DNA from: Saprolegnia diclina VS20
Lineage: Eukaryota
Reading direction: 5' to 3'
Assembly (NCBI RefSeq): GCF_000281045.1
Contig: NW_008246070.1
Span: 1,162,193 to 1,226,192, forward strand
DNA: 64,000 nt
The notes below the pieces were generated by a model, which made no database searches, was not told where the DNA came from, and worked only from the letters and a program-made list of their open reading frames with translations. A program made the translations under genes and the position numbers. The first letter of the stretch is position 1. Every line of letters starts with the position of its first letter. Below are positions 25,137-34,274 of this stretch, one piece after another.

Positions 25137-27217
25137 AATGCCCATGTTCTCCCATGTGACGTGGCAGCACGCTCGACCAGAGCGCCTGAGCGATCCGCGT
25201 TTGAAAAGGTTCAAGTTAGTACGTGCCATATATTATTCGACCGACTTAAAGAAAGTGACGATTGCAATCACATGCAACCGGATGACACCATTCATATTGT
25301 CATCTTACTTGTTGAGCTCGGGCCACGACCACGCCCCCTTGCGCCCGTTCGATTGGCGCGCCGCATTCGCGAGTGCGGCCCACGCGTCCTTCTCGTCCGT
25401 CCACGTCTCAAAGTCGCCGTGGTTGCTTGGTTTGAGCACCTGCCACACCATCCACGGCACGCCCGCCGCGTTGGCCGCCGCCAAGTACGCGGCGAGACCG
25501 CTGGCCTTGTTGCTCCCCGAGGCGCCAAACTCTTCAAAGATGACGCGCTTCTTGTGCACGTTGGCGAGCTGCACGGCCGACTTGAGCTTGTCGACGTTCG
25601 CGCCTTCGTACGAGTGGATGGCGACCACGTCGAGCGCCGGACAAGTAAAGTACTCGGTGAGCTGCGACACACCGTAGTTGGTGCCGCCGCCCGACATGAC
25701 GAGGATCTTGCGGTTGGACACGGCGTTGCGGATCGTCTTGGCGCGGTTGCAGAGCCACTGCGGGTTGGGCATCTTGGTGCCGCTCTCGAGACCGCCCTGC
25801 GACTCGTTCTGCGGCTCAAAGCCCAAAATGGCCTCCGAGAGCTCGCTCCACGGACGGTCGTTGAAGTACGGATTACGGTGCGCCAAGATGTGCTTGATGC
25901 GGTTGTCAAAGTCGGCCTGGGCGTCGCCACGCGTGTAAAAGTCGTTGGCGATGTTGGCGTGCTGCTGGCAACTCGTCGTCGTCGGCAAATTGTACTTGGC
26001 CACGTACGCGTCCGTGTCCCAGCACCCAAGCGACCAGCGGTCGTGGAACGCAATGATGAGCTTCATGTTGCGGTCGTACACGTCGCGAATGAGCTTGTCC
26101 ACGAGCTTGAGGATCGAGTCGTCGTACTTGCCGACGGGGTTCTCGACGTCGTTGACACCGACGTTGTTGGCGCCCTTGGTTTTGGCGCCGGTCCGCGAGA
26201 GAAAGATACGCACGGTCTTGAAGCCGCTCGCCTTGAGCTGGTCGAGCACCTCGCGCCGGTCGCTATCGACGAGCGTATGGAGAAAGTAGCTGTTGGCGCC
26301 AGCAAACGACTTGGGGACGGACGAGAGGCACTGCGAGGCACCCGAGCGGCACGTTTTGGTTTTCGAGTTGGGGGTGTCGGCGGCGACGCAGCAGACCCAG
26401 CCCTTGGACGCACACGTGTCCGTGGCCGAGTTGCACACTTGCCAGTCCGGCACAGACTTGGCCATCGTCGCAAGCGGCACGAGCGCGAGCAAAGCAAGAA
26501 TCGACTTCATGTGAGTTGTTGCTGGTAAATGCAAATATGACCAAGATACGTTTGGCGGGCCTAGTCCAGCTGGTCTTGTCCTGAGCCAGACATACCCAGA
26601 CGCGACAAGCTGTTTTGAGTGCAACGCGTTCGGTGACGTACCGGTTGCTGCGGTAATGCATTCTGCGCATGCGCGTGGTGTGTACGCTATGCGTCTTCAC
26701 AGTGGTAGTCCTCGCCTGTTACTACACGTCGTCCATCCAAGTACCAGATTGCGGACGAGACAAATACCACAAATTTGAGCATAGAGAGCTCAAATGGGGT
26801 CGGTCGAATGGTGCGTGGCATATTACAATACCACATCTAAGGAAGGACCGCATCTCGTCTTCACGTAGCGCTGATGGCCGCACAATCTGAGGAGGCTAAC
26901 ATCTGAAACGGCTGTGAGACACAGCTCTGAATCATGGCTCTGGGTTGTGAGATGAGCTGCAGAACCTAATACGCCCATTTTTCTTCATGAGCACCTGTGG
27001 CGCACGGTGGCTTGTGCAATATAGTTTCCGCTCTGTCTGATGGAGGGGCCAGCGCCAATGGAAAGACAGCGAGGGTCTCATTTAGGATTTGAACCCACAG
27101 TTCATGCGCGTCAAGCACGAAACCTCTGTCGAAACAGAAGGTGGCACAGTGGACATGCCGGCCTTGGCACAACCAACGTTCGATTCAAATGATTTGTTGA
27201 TTCACTCTCAGCACACC
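25137..27217 (-). repeat. Left arm of ~2.1-kb inverted duplication (GH5 gene plus flanks)
   Basis: Reverse complement of 30371-32450. Mirrored ORFs in the track are identical (e.g. 26669-26890 vs 30698-30919; 26263-26700 vs 30888-31325). Confidence 0.97.
25305..26510 (-). CDS. Secreted glycoside hydrolase family 5 (beta-mannanase-like) with N-terminal 6-Cys module, copy A
   Basis: Signal peptide 'MKSILALLALVPLATMA'; Cys module 'WQVCNSATDTCASKGWVCC...TCRSGASQC'; GH5 motifs 'GANSY', 'VRIF', 'FEPQNES' (acid/base), 'AIHSY', 'IFEEFG' (nucleophile), 'WMVWQ'. Confidence 0.9.
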   Translation of the reverse strand: MKSILALLALVPLATMAKSVPDWQVCNSATDTCASKGWVCCVAADTPNSKTKTCRSGASQCLSSVPKSFAGANSYFLHTLVDSDRREVLDQLKASGFKTVRIFLSRTGAKTKGANNVGVNDVENPVGKYDDSILKLVDKLIRDVYDRNMKLIIAFHDRWSLGCWDTDAYVAKYNLPTTTSCQQHANIANDFYTRGDAQADFDNRIKHILAHRNPYFNDRPWSELSEAILGFEPQNESQGGLESGTKMPNPQWLCNRAKTIRNAVSNRKILVMSGGGTNYGVSQLTEYFTCPALDVVAIHSYEGANVDKLKSAVQLANVHKKRVIFEEFGASGSNKASGLAAYLAAANAAGVPWMVWQVLKPSNHGDFETWTDEKDAWAALANAARQSNGRKGAWSWPELNK

Positions 27218-27505
27218 TTTATAGGACGGGATCCGCTTGAGGGACTGTACATGGAGACCAATAGGTGCGTCAGCTGCGCAGTTAGTGCATTTGGCAGCAG
27301 GTTAAGAGACTGGACCTAGATATACCGTCTGCTCTGGGATTGATTCTCGTGGAACGCGTGAAGCTGTGCTTTTGGACCACGGCCGAGCCAGTGCGCCATC
27401 TTGAACCGTTTTGCCGAAGTACGAATTTACCAAAGACGGCGGCGCAGCGACAAGGCCAGGCTCACTTGCGATTTGCTCTTCAAGCTCGAAGCCTCAAATC
27501 CATTC

Positions 27506-27636
27506 AATCGTTTGAATCGAACGTTGGTTGTGCCGGCATGCCCACTGTGCCACCTTCTGTTTCGACAGAGGTTTCGTGCTTGACGCGCATGAACTGTGGG
27601 TTCAAATCCAAAATGAGATCCTCGCTGTCTTTCCAT
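27506..27636 (+). repeat. Third, diverged copy of the ~135-bp element at the inner ends of the inverted arms
   Basis: Matches 30396-30530 (and the reverse complement of 27058-27192), with a 6-bp deletion and a few substitutions. Ends at the N gap. Confidence 0.9.
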
Positions 27637-27781
27637 NNNNNNNNNNNNNNNNNNNNNNNNNNNNNNNNNNNNNNNNNNNNNNNNNNNNNNNNNNNNNNNN
27701 NNNNNNNNNNNNNNNNNNNNNNNNNNNNNNNNNNNNNNNNNNNNNNNNNNNNNNNNNNNNNNNNNNNNNNNNNNNNNNNNN
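27637..27781. other. Assembly gap (145 N)
   Basis: Run of n. Confidence 1.
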
Positions 27782-29380
27782 GAGGATGGGCTTGCCGCAG
27801 AGGCTGTACTGGTAGCCAGGCGCGAAGCGGTCGACTGGGTTGGTGCGCACACCAAAGAGCGCGACGTAGCCGACAACAACGGTCACGACGATCCAGTGGA
27901 TGTTTTGGATGTACGCTTCGGGGATCGAGACGCCTTGGACCTTGACGAGGTCGTTGTAGTAGAACGTGAACGCAAGACCACCGCCGACGCCGGCAATCGA
28001 CCATGCCGTGAGGATAAAGCCGTGGAGCGCGCCGATGTTGTAGGCGCCAAACATGTCGGTGAGGAACGCGGGAATCGTGCCAAAGCCGCCGCCGTAGCAC
28101 AACGTCAGCACCCAGATCTCGGCGCGGAAGCTGCCATAATCCAAGTCGCGCATGATGCTGGGCATCGTAAGCAAAATGGTCATCTGGATCGTGAGTGTAC
28201 AAAAGAAAATGATCTTGCGCGCGAACGGCGGGTTGAGCTTGAACGCGCGGGCAAGGACGTCCGAGACCATGGGCACGCAGAGGCGGCCGCAGCAGTTGAA
28301 GGCGCCGTTGATCGCAACGACGGTCGCGGCTTCGTCGGGCGTTTGCTTGAAGATCTCGGTCACCATCGACGAGAGGCGCGAGAGCGCGACGAGGCCAAAG
28401 ACGATGTTGCCCGCGAGCATAAAGTACATGAAGAAAAAGTCGGCCGAGAGGAGGCAGTCGATGAGCTTGAGGCTCTTGACGTTCTTGTAGTTGTCCTGGT
28501 GAAGGTCGTGGAAGGTCGCGTGCACTTCGCGCCCGTGCGCTTCCGAGAGCTCAGTGTACTGCGCTACATGGCCGTCGTCGTGCTTGGGCGACTCGGCAAG
28601 CTTCGAGTCGTCGTAGAGCTTGCTCGACTCTTGGACGCCGTGGATGTCCATGCCCCCCGCGGTGAAGCCCGGCGGTGGCGTACGCATGACAACTGCGCAG
28701 CAAAACATGAGGACCGACATAAGGACACCGAGGAAGAGAAGCGAGGCGGGCAGACCAAACGCTTTTGCGGCCGGAAGGTACACCTTGCCCCAGACAATCG
28801 AGCCAGCACCGAAGCCGCCGACCGCGAATCCGGCTGCCGTCCCGCGCATGTCGGGGAACCACTTCTGGAGCGCCGAGACGGGCGAGATGTAGTTGATGCC
28901 CAGGCCAAAGCCCGTGACGAGGCCGTAGCCAATGTAGACGCCGATAATGGACTTGGACCAGAGCGAGATGGCGGCGATGACGTAGCCCGAGAGGAACATA
29001 GAGACGCCGAGGAAGAGGCCGCGGCGCGGTCCGTTGCGCTCAAGCCATGGACCAAGGACCGCGGCCGTGCTACCGAGGACGCCGCACGCCACGTAAAAGG
29101 TGTAGACGGCCTTCCCAGCCTTGGCGTCGTTGTAGATGTACGTGTCGAACGGGACGTTGTAGATCGACCACGAATAGAGCGAGCCGCAGCAGAACTGACA
29201 GAGGAACGACGCCGCAAAGAGGTACCAGCGGTTAAACGCGATCGCCTTGAGCGTCAGGAACCGGTTGCCGCAGAGCGGAATACAAACGAGGTACTTTTCC
29301 GCCTCGATTTCCTCCGGCGTTTTCGGCGGCGGGACGACCGTCCAGTGACGCTGGAAGCAAGCGGTGATTGCCGAGCTCAT
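27782..29380 (-). CDS. MFS transporter, oxalate/formate antiporter (OFA)-like; 3' end runs into gap
   Basis: 'GSLYSWSIY', 'WLERNGPRR', 'GFGLGINYISPVSALQKWFPDMRGTAAGFAVGGFG', 'FNCCGRL', 'YGGGFGTIPAFLTDMFG'; ~12 TM segments. Confidence 0.92.
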
Positions 29381-30370
29381 TCTTTTGATGCGCAGAAGAG
29401 AGGCAAAAGCAAAATGAGTTTGCAGCCAGGCGCCACCAGTTTGGGCAAGTAGCAATCGATTCTGCGCTCGAGAAGATACCCCACAGCCCATGCAGAGGCA
29501 AAATTGCTGACCTTGCCCAGCTCGATCTGTCGATAAGGCACTCGACGTGAAGCAAGCTCAAAGCGTATCTGACTGTTTGTTTGCGGGGGCTCGCAACAGA
29601 AAGCAAAGCTACTCCATGGGCATGCCGTCGCGACAAGACGAGTATCCCAGTTGCATCACGACAATCCCCCGCATTCGACTTTCACACTTGCAGGGGCTCG
29701 TAACACCAATTGTAGAGCGTCGAGCGAACTTTTCACGATCGGAGAACCGGATTCTAGATCTCGCCTGCTCTACTCGCCTCACTGCACCTGAGGTCCATGA
29801 AGCCAGCACGCCTTTGCCCCTGAGCAAACCTTCCATTGGAAAACAGCGCTACCATATTGCGGAATCTGGTGTTGTGTTGGGAAACGATCCTTATTCAAAC
29901 TGCATTATGATCACGTATCATTCGAGGCCCGGAAACAGCTTGCGCTGTAGCAAGGGTCAATGACCCATGGCAATAGCCAGTGCGCTGCGAGCAATTCTAG
30001 TCGTCCAGATTCGACGAAGCTTTGCGTGGGTCGACCCACTTCTCCGCCGCAGGGAACCAGTGGTAGTGGTTAAAGCGCTGAATAGGTGTCTCTTTCCGAC
30101 GAATAGTTGGGGCAAGCTGCGCAAATAGGTTTTCAAAACATTTCTAGCCGCCAAGTCTCCCACACATGCTGCGCCCCCGAAGCCGGCGTCCCCGACATGT
30201 CCGGGCTCGGCTATAAGCTTCGCGCGCGAAGTGGGATCCTGCGACGCAATTGAATCATTCAGATACTTCGCAAAACAGCCTCGCGCCACCACAACGCAGC
30301 TGACGTCCTATTAATATTGGTCAGTAATCGAGCGAGTCGAGTACATTGTGAGCACAAATTGGCCCCGTTC

Positions 30371-32450
30371 GGTGTGCCGAGGGTCAATCAACAAATCATT
30401 TGAATCGAACGTTGGTTGTGCCAAGGCCGGCATGTCCACTGTGCCACCTTCTGTTTCGACAGAGGTTTCGTGCTTGACGCGCATGAACTGTGGGTTCAAA
30501 TCCTAAATGAGACCCTCGCTGTCTTTCCATTGGCGCTGGCCCCTCCATCAGACAGAGCGGAAACTATATTGCACAAGCCACCGTGCGCCACAGGTGCTCA
30601 TGAAGAAAAATGGGCGTATTAGGTTCTGCAGCTCATCTCACAACCCAGAGCCATGATTCAGAGCTGTGTCTCACAGCCGTTTCAGATGTTAGCCTCCTCA
30701 GATTGTGCGGCCATCAGCGCTACGTGAAGACGAGATGCGGTCCTTCCTTAGATGTGGTATTGTAATATGCCACGCACCATTCGACCGACCCCATTTGAGC
30801 TCTCTATGCTCAAATTTGTGGTATTTGTCTCGTCCGCAATCTGGTACTTGGATGGACGACGTGTAGTAACAGGCGAGGACTACCACTGTGAAGACGCATA
30901 GCGTACACACCACGCGCATGCGCAGAATGCATTACCGCAGCAACCGGTACGTCACCGAACGCGTTGCACTCAAAACAGCTTGTCGCGTCTGGGTATGTCT
31001 GGCTCAGGACAAGACCAGCTGGACTAGGCCCGCCAAACGTATCTTGGTCATATTTGCATTTACCAGCAACAACTCACATGAAGTCGATTCTTGCTTTGCT
31101 CGCGCTCGTGCCGCTTGCGACGATGGCCAAGTCTGTGCCGGACTGGCAAGTGTGCAACTCGGCCACGGACACGTGTGCGTCCAAGGGCTGGGTCTGCTGC
31201 GTCGCCGCCGACACCCCCAACTCGAAAACCAAAACGTGCCGCTCGGGTGCCTCGCAGTGCCTCTCGTCCGTCCCCAAGTCGTTTGCTGGCGCCAACAGCT
31301 ACTTTCTCCATACGCTCGTCGATAGCGACCGGCGCGAGGTGCTCGACCAGCTCAAGGCGAGCGGCTTCAAGACCGTGCGTATCTTTCTCTCGCGGACCGG
31401 CGCCAAAACCAAGGGCGCCAACAACGTCGGTGTCAACGACGTCGAGAACCCCGTCGGCAAGTACGACGACTCGATCCTCAAGCTCGTGGACAAGCTCATT
31501 CGCGACGTGTACGACCGCAACATGAAGCTCATCATTGCGTTCCACGACCGCTGGTCGCTTGGGTGCTGGGACACGGACGCGTACGTGACCAAGTACAAGT
31601 TGCCGACGACGACGAGTTGCCAGCAGCACGCCAACATCGCCAACGACTTTTACACGCGTGGCGACGCCCAGGCCGACTTTGACAACCGCATCAAGCACAT
31701 CTTGGCGCACCGTAACCCGTACTTCAACAACCGTCCGTGGAGCGAGCTCTCGGAGGCCATAATGGGCTTTGAGCCGCAGAACGAGTCGCAGGGCGGTCTC
31801 GAGAGCGGCACCACGATGCCCAACCCGCAGTGGCTCTGCAACCGCGCCAAGACGATCCGCAACGCCGTGTCCAACCGCAAGATCCTCGTCATGTCGGGCG
31901 GCGGCACCAACTACGGTGTCTCGCAGCTCACCGAGTACTTCACTTGTCCGGCGCTCGACGTGGTCGCCATCCACTCGTACGAAGGCGCGAACGTCAACAA
32001 GCTCAAGTCGGCCGTGCAGCTCGCCAACGTGCACAAGAAGCGCGTCATCTTTGAAGAGTTTGGCGCCTCGGGGAGCAACAAGGCCAGCGGTCTCGCCGCG
32101 TACTCGGCGGCGGCCAACGCGGCGGGCGTGCCGTGGATGGTGTGGCAGGTGCTCAAGCCAAGCAACCACGGCGACTTTGAGACGTGGACGGACGAGAAGG
32201 ACGCGTGGGCCGCACTCGCGAATGCGGCGCGCCAATCGAACGGGCGCAAGGGGGCGTGGTCGTGGCCCGAGCTCAACAAGTAAGATGACAATATGAATGG
32301 TGTCATCCGGTTGCATGTGATTGCAATCGTCACTTTCTTTAAGTCGGTCGAATAATATATGGCACGTACTAACTTGAACCTTTTCAAACTCGCATCACTC
32401 AGGCGCTCTGGTCGAGCGTGCTGCCACGTCACATGGGATACAAGGGCATT
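30371..32450 (+). repeat. Right arm of ~2.1-kb inverted duplication
   Basis: Reverse complement of 25137-27217. Mirrored CDS coordinates both sum to 57588, so the two copies are colinear. Confidence 0.97.
31078..32283 (+). CDS. Secreted glycoside hydrolase family 5, copy B
   Basis: Same motifs as copy A; 401 aa; 7 amino-acid differences from copy A. Confidence 0.9.
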   Translation: MKSILALLALVPLATMAKSVPDWQVCNSATDTCASKGWVCCVAADTPNSKTKTCRSGASQCLSSVPKSFAGANSYFLHTLVDSDRREVLDQLKASGFKTVRIFLSRTGAKTKGANNVGVNDVENPVGKYDDSILKLVDKLIRDVYDRNMKLIIAFHDRWSLGCWDTDAYVTKYKLPTTTSCQQHANIANDFYTRGDAQADFDNRIKHILAHRNPYFNNRPWSELSEAIMGFEPQNESQGGLESGTTMPNPQWLCNRAKTIRNAVSNRKILVMSGGGTNYGVSQLTEYFTCPALDVVAIHSYEGANVNKLKSAVQLANVHKKRVIFEEFGASGSNKASGLAAYSAAANAAGVPWMVWQVLKPSNHGDFETWTDEKDAWAALANAARQSNGRKGAWSWPELNK

Positions 32451-32892
32451 ATGAAACGTCGTCGTGCCCGAGCTCAACAAGTAGGATGGCGGAGGACCAC
32501 TACCCCCGTTCAGACACGGCAAAGTCTCACTACTGCTTGGACTGGTCAGCATTGTTATCAATGAATAATGTGGTAGCGCGTGGCTCTTATCGCCGCGATT
32601 GATGCTGTGATGACGTGTCTGGACGTGGTGCGGAATACAAAGCAAGCGAGTCGAGCAATACATAACAGGATCCTGGGCGTGTCGCAGCGCCACGGCCCTT
32701 TTTCTCGCCCAGCTGTCGTTTCCGTGGCGTATATTTCGCACAAAGAGACGCTGGTTGAGCTGCGTGGCGGTGGTTTTCGTATTGTATCACTACTTCATTG
32801 TATGCCGTATAAAACAAGTGTAAATTAAATTGGTGGCACGAATTGCGTTTGCAGCACCACCTCTTTTTTGCACGAGCGCAAATCGGACGCCG

Positions 32893-33977
32893 ATGCTCAA
32901 GCGCACGGGCCATGGCCGCGGGAAGGGCTGGAAGGCCAACGAGGAGCTCGGTACGACGACGCGGTTATGACGAGAGCCATACTCGTGCTCATGCTGCTTG
33001 TGCGTAGACCTCCTCGCCTGCGTCAGCGACATCTTGCCCGTCGACACGAACGAGTGGGAGGACGTTGTGATCGCGTACAACTTTCATCGGCAGCGAACCG
33101 ACCGCCGCGACCTCCAGTCGGTCCGGCGCAAGTACAAGTCGCTGCGCAACATGGCCAGTGGCACAGGTAGCGCTGCATGATGGCGAGGATCAGCGAGCGT
33201 ACGCGATGGGCTGTAGGAAGTCTCTCGACGCGCCAGCACTCGACCGAGGCCAAACGTATTCAAGACGACATCAACCGCAAGAAGACCATGCTGACGCTCG
33301 GTCCTAGCGACGGCAATAATGGCAACAACTTTGCCGCCCCGACAGCGGAAGAGCCTGCGCCCGAAGCCATCGAGCCCCCGGCCGCGCCGCTCGCCAATGT
33401 CTACGCAAGCCAAGGGCTCCGTCCCAAGGAGATTGCAGCGTTCAGCAAGCGCGTCCCGAAACGGGGTACGGTGCCACCGAGCCGGCGGCAGATTTTGATT
33501 GCGATGCGCAACACAGCGTTGACGCCCGAGGGTGACGACGAAGGCCCACCGGTGCTGCGTCTCGAGTCTCCGGACGCTGCGTACGCGGCCGCCATGGAAG
33601 CAACCGAGCCGCTGCCCCGCGCCGTGAGCAATGAGACGCCGCGGCGCTTGGCACCGCTGGCGAAGCGGCCGCGCTCGGAGGTCGAGGACCACGTGCTTTC
33701 ACGCTTGCTGGCGATGGAAGAGTCGCGAGAGCGCTGGATGCGGGAAATGGAGGAGCGCCGCGAGGCCCGCGAGCGAGAGCGCGACGAGCGCTTTGAAGCG
33801 CTGCGCCTCGAGCGCGACGAACGAGACCGCCAGCGCGAAGAGTACCGCGACAAGATGGACGCGCAGCGGGAAGAGCGAGCGGCGCGGCACGACGAGCTCA
33901 TGGCCATGGTCCTCAACAAACTGTTGCAGCCGGCCGCACCGACGCCGTTTCTACCACGCGAAGGTCCAGCGATTTAA
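32893..33977 (+). CDS. Myb/SANT-like (DUF6818-like) domain protein with charged coiled-coil C-terminus
   Basis: Spliced 'GRGKGWKANEEL/DLLACVSDILPVDTNEWEDVVIAYN...RDLQSVRRKYKSL' has Trp-spaced Myb-like helices. C-terminal ER-rich helix ends 'HDELMAMVL'. Two introns. Confidence 0.65.
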
Positions 33978-34274
33978 CGTATAATCACGTACTAGTACGC
34001 GCAAAGCACCGGGTTTTCGATGTTGAGCTCAATTCTGTCGGTCCTTCCAGAGCGCACCAGACAAGAATTCTGCCGAAAATGCGAGCGATGGTCTGCTCAC
34101 GGAGGGGCCCACGGTCCTGTAGTAAGGCTGATGGCAAGACAGTGTACCAAGAAGAGACACTGGAAGAGACAGAATTTGGTAATTCCTGTAGCATTTGATA
34201 GCATCCATTTTGAAAGGTTTTCAACCTTTCACACTTGTGCTGACCGTTACGGAGGAAACGAGCGCCAGGGCAGC

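Noticed and set aside
27340..27945. ORFs spanning N gaps (also 51283-52357)
   Set aside because: Artefacts of translating through Ns.
30429..30510. Bona fide tRNA-Val(GAC) gene
   Set aside because: No 7-bp acceptor stem, no canonical D-arm/A-box, and a weak T-stem. Kept only as a tRNA-like candidate.
25137..32450. Composite transposon with long TIRs
   Set aside because: The arms encode GH5 rather than a transposase, the ends are ragged, and no target-site duplication was seen.
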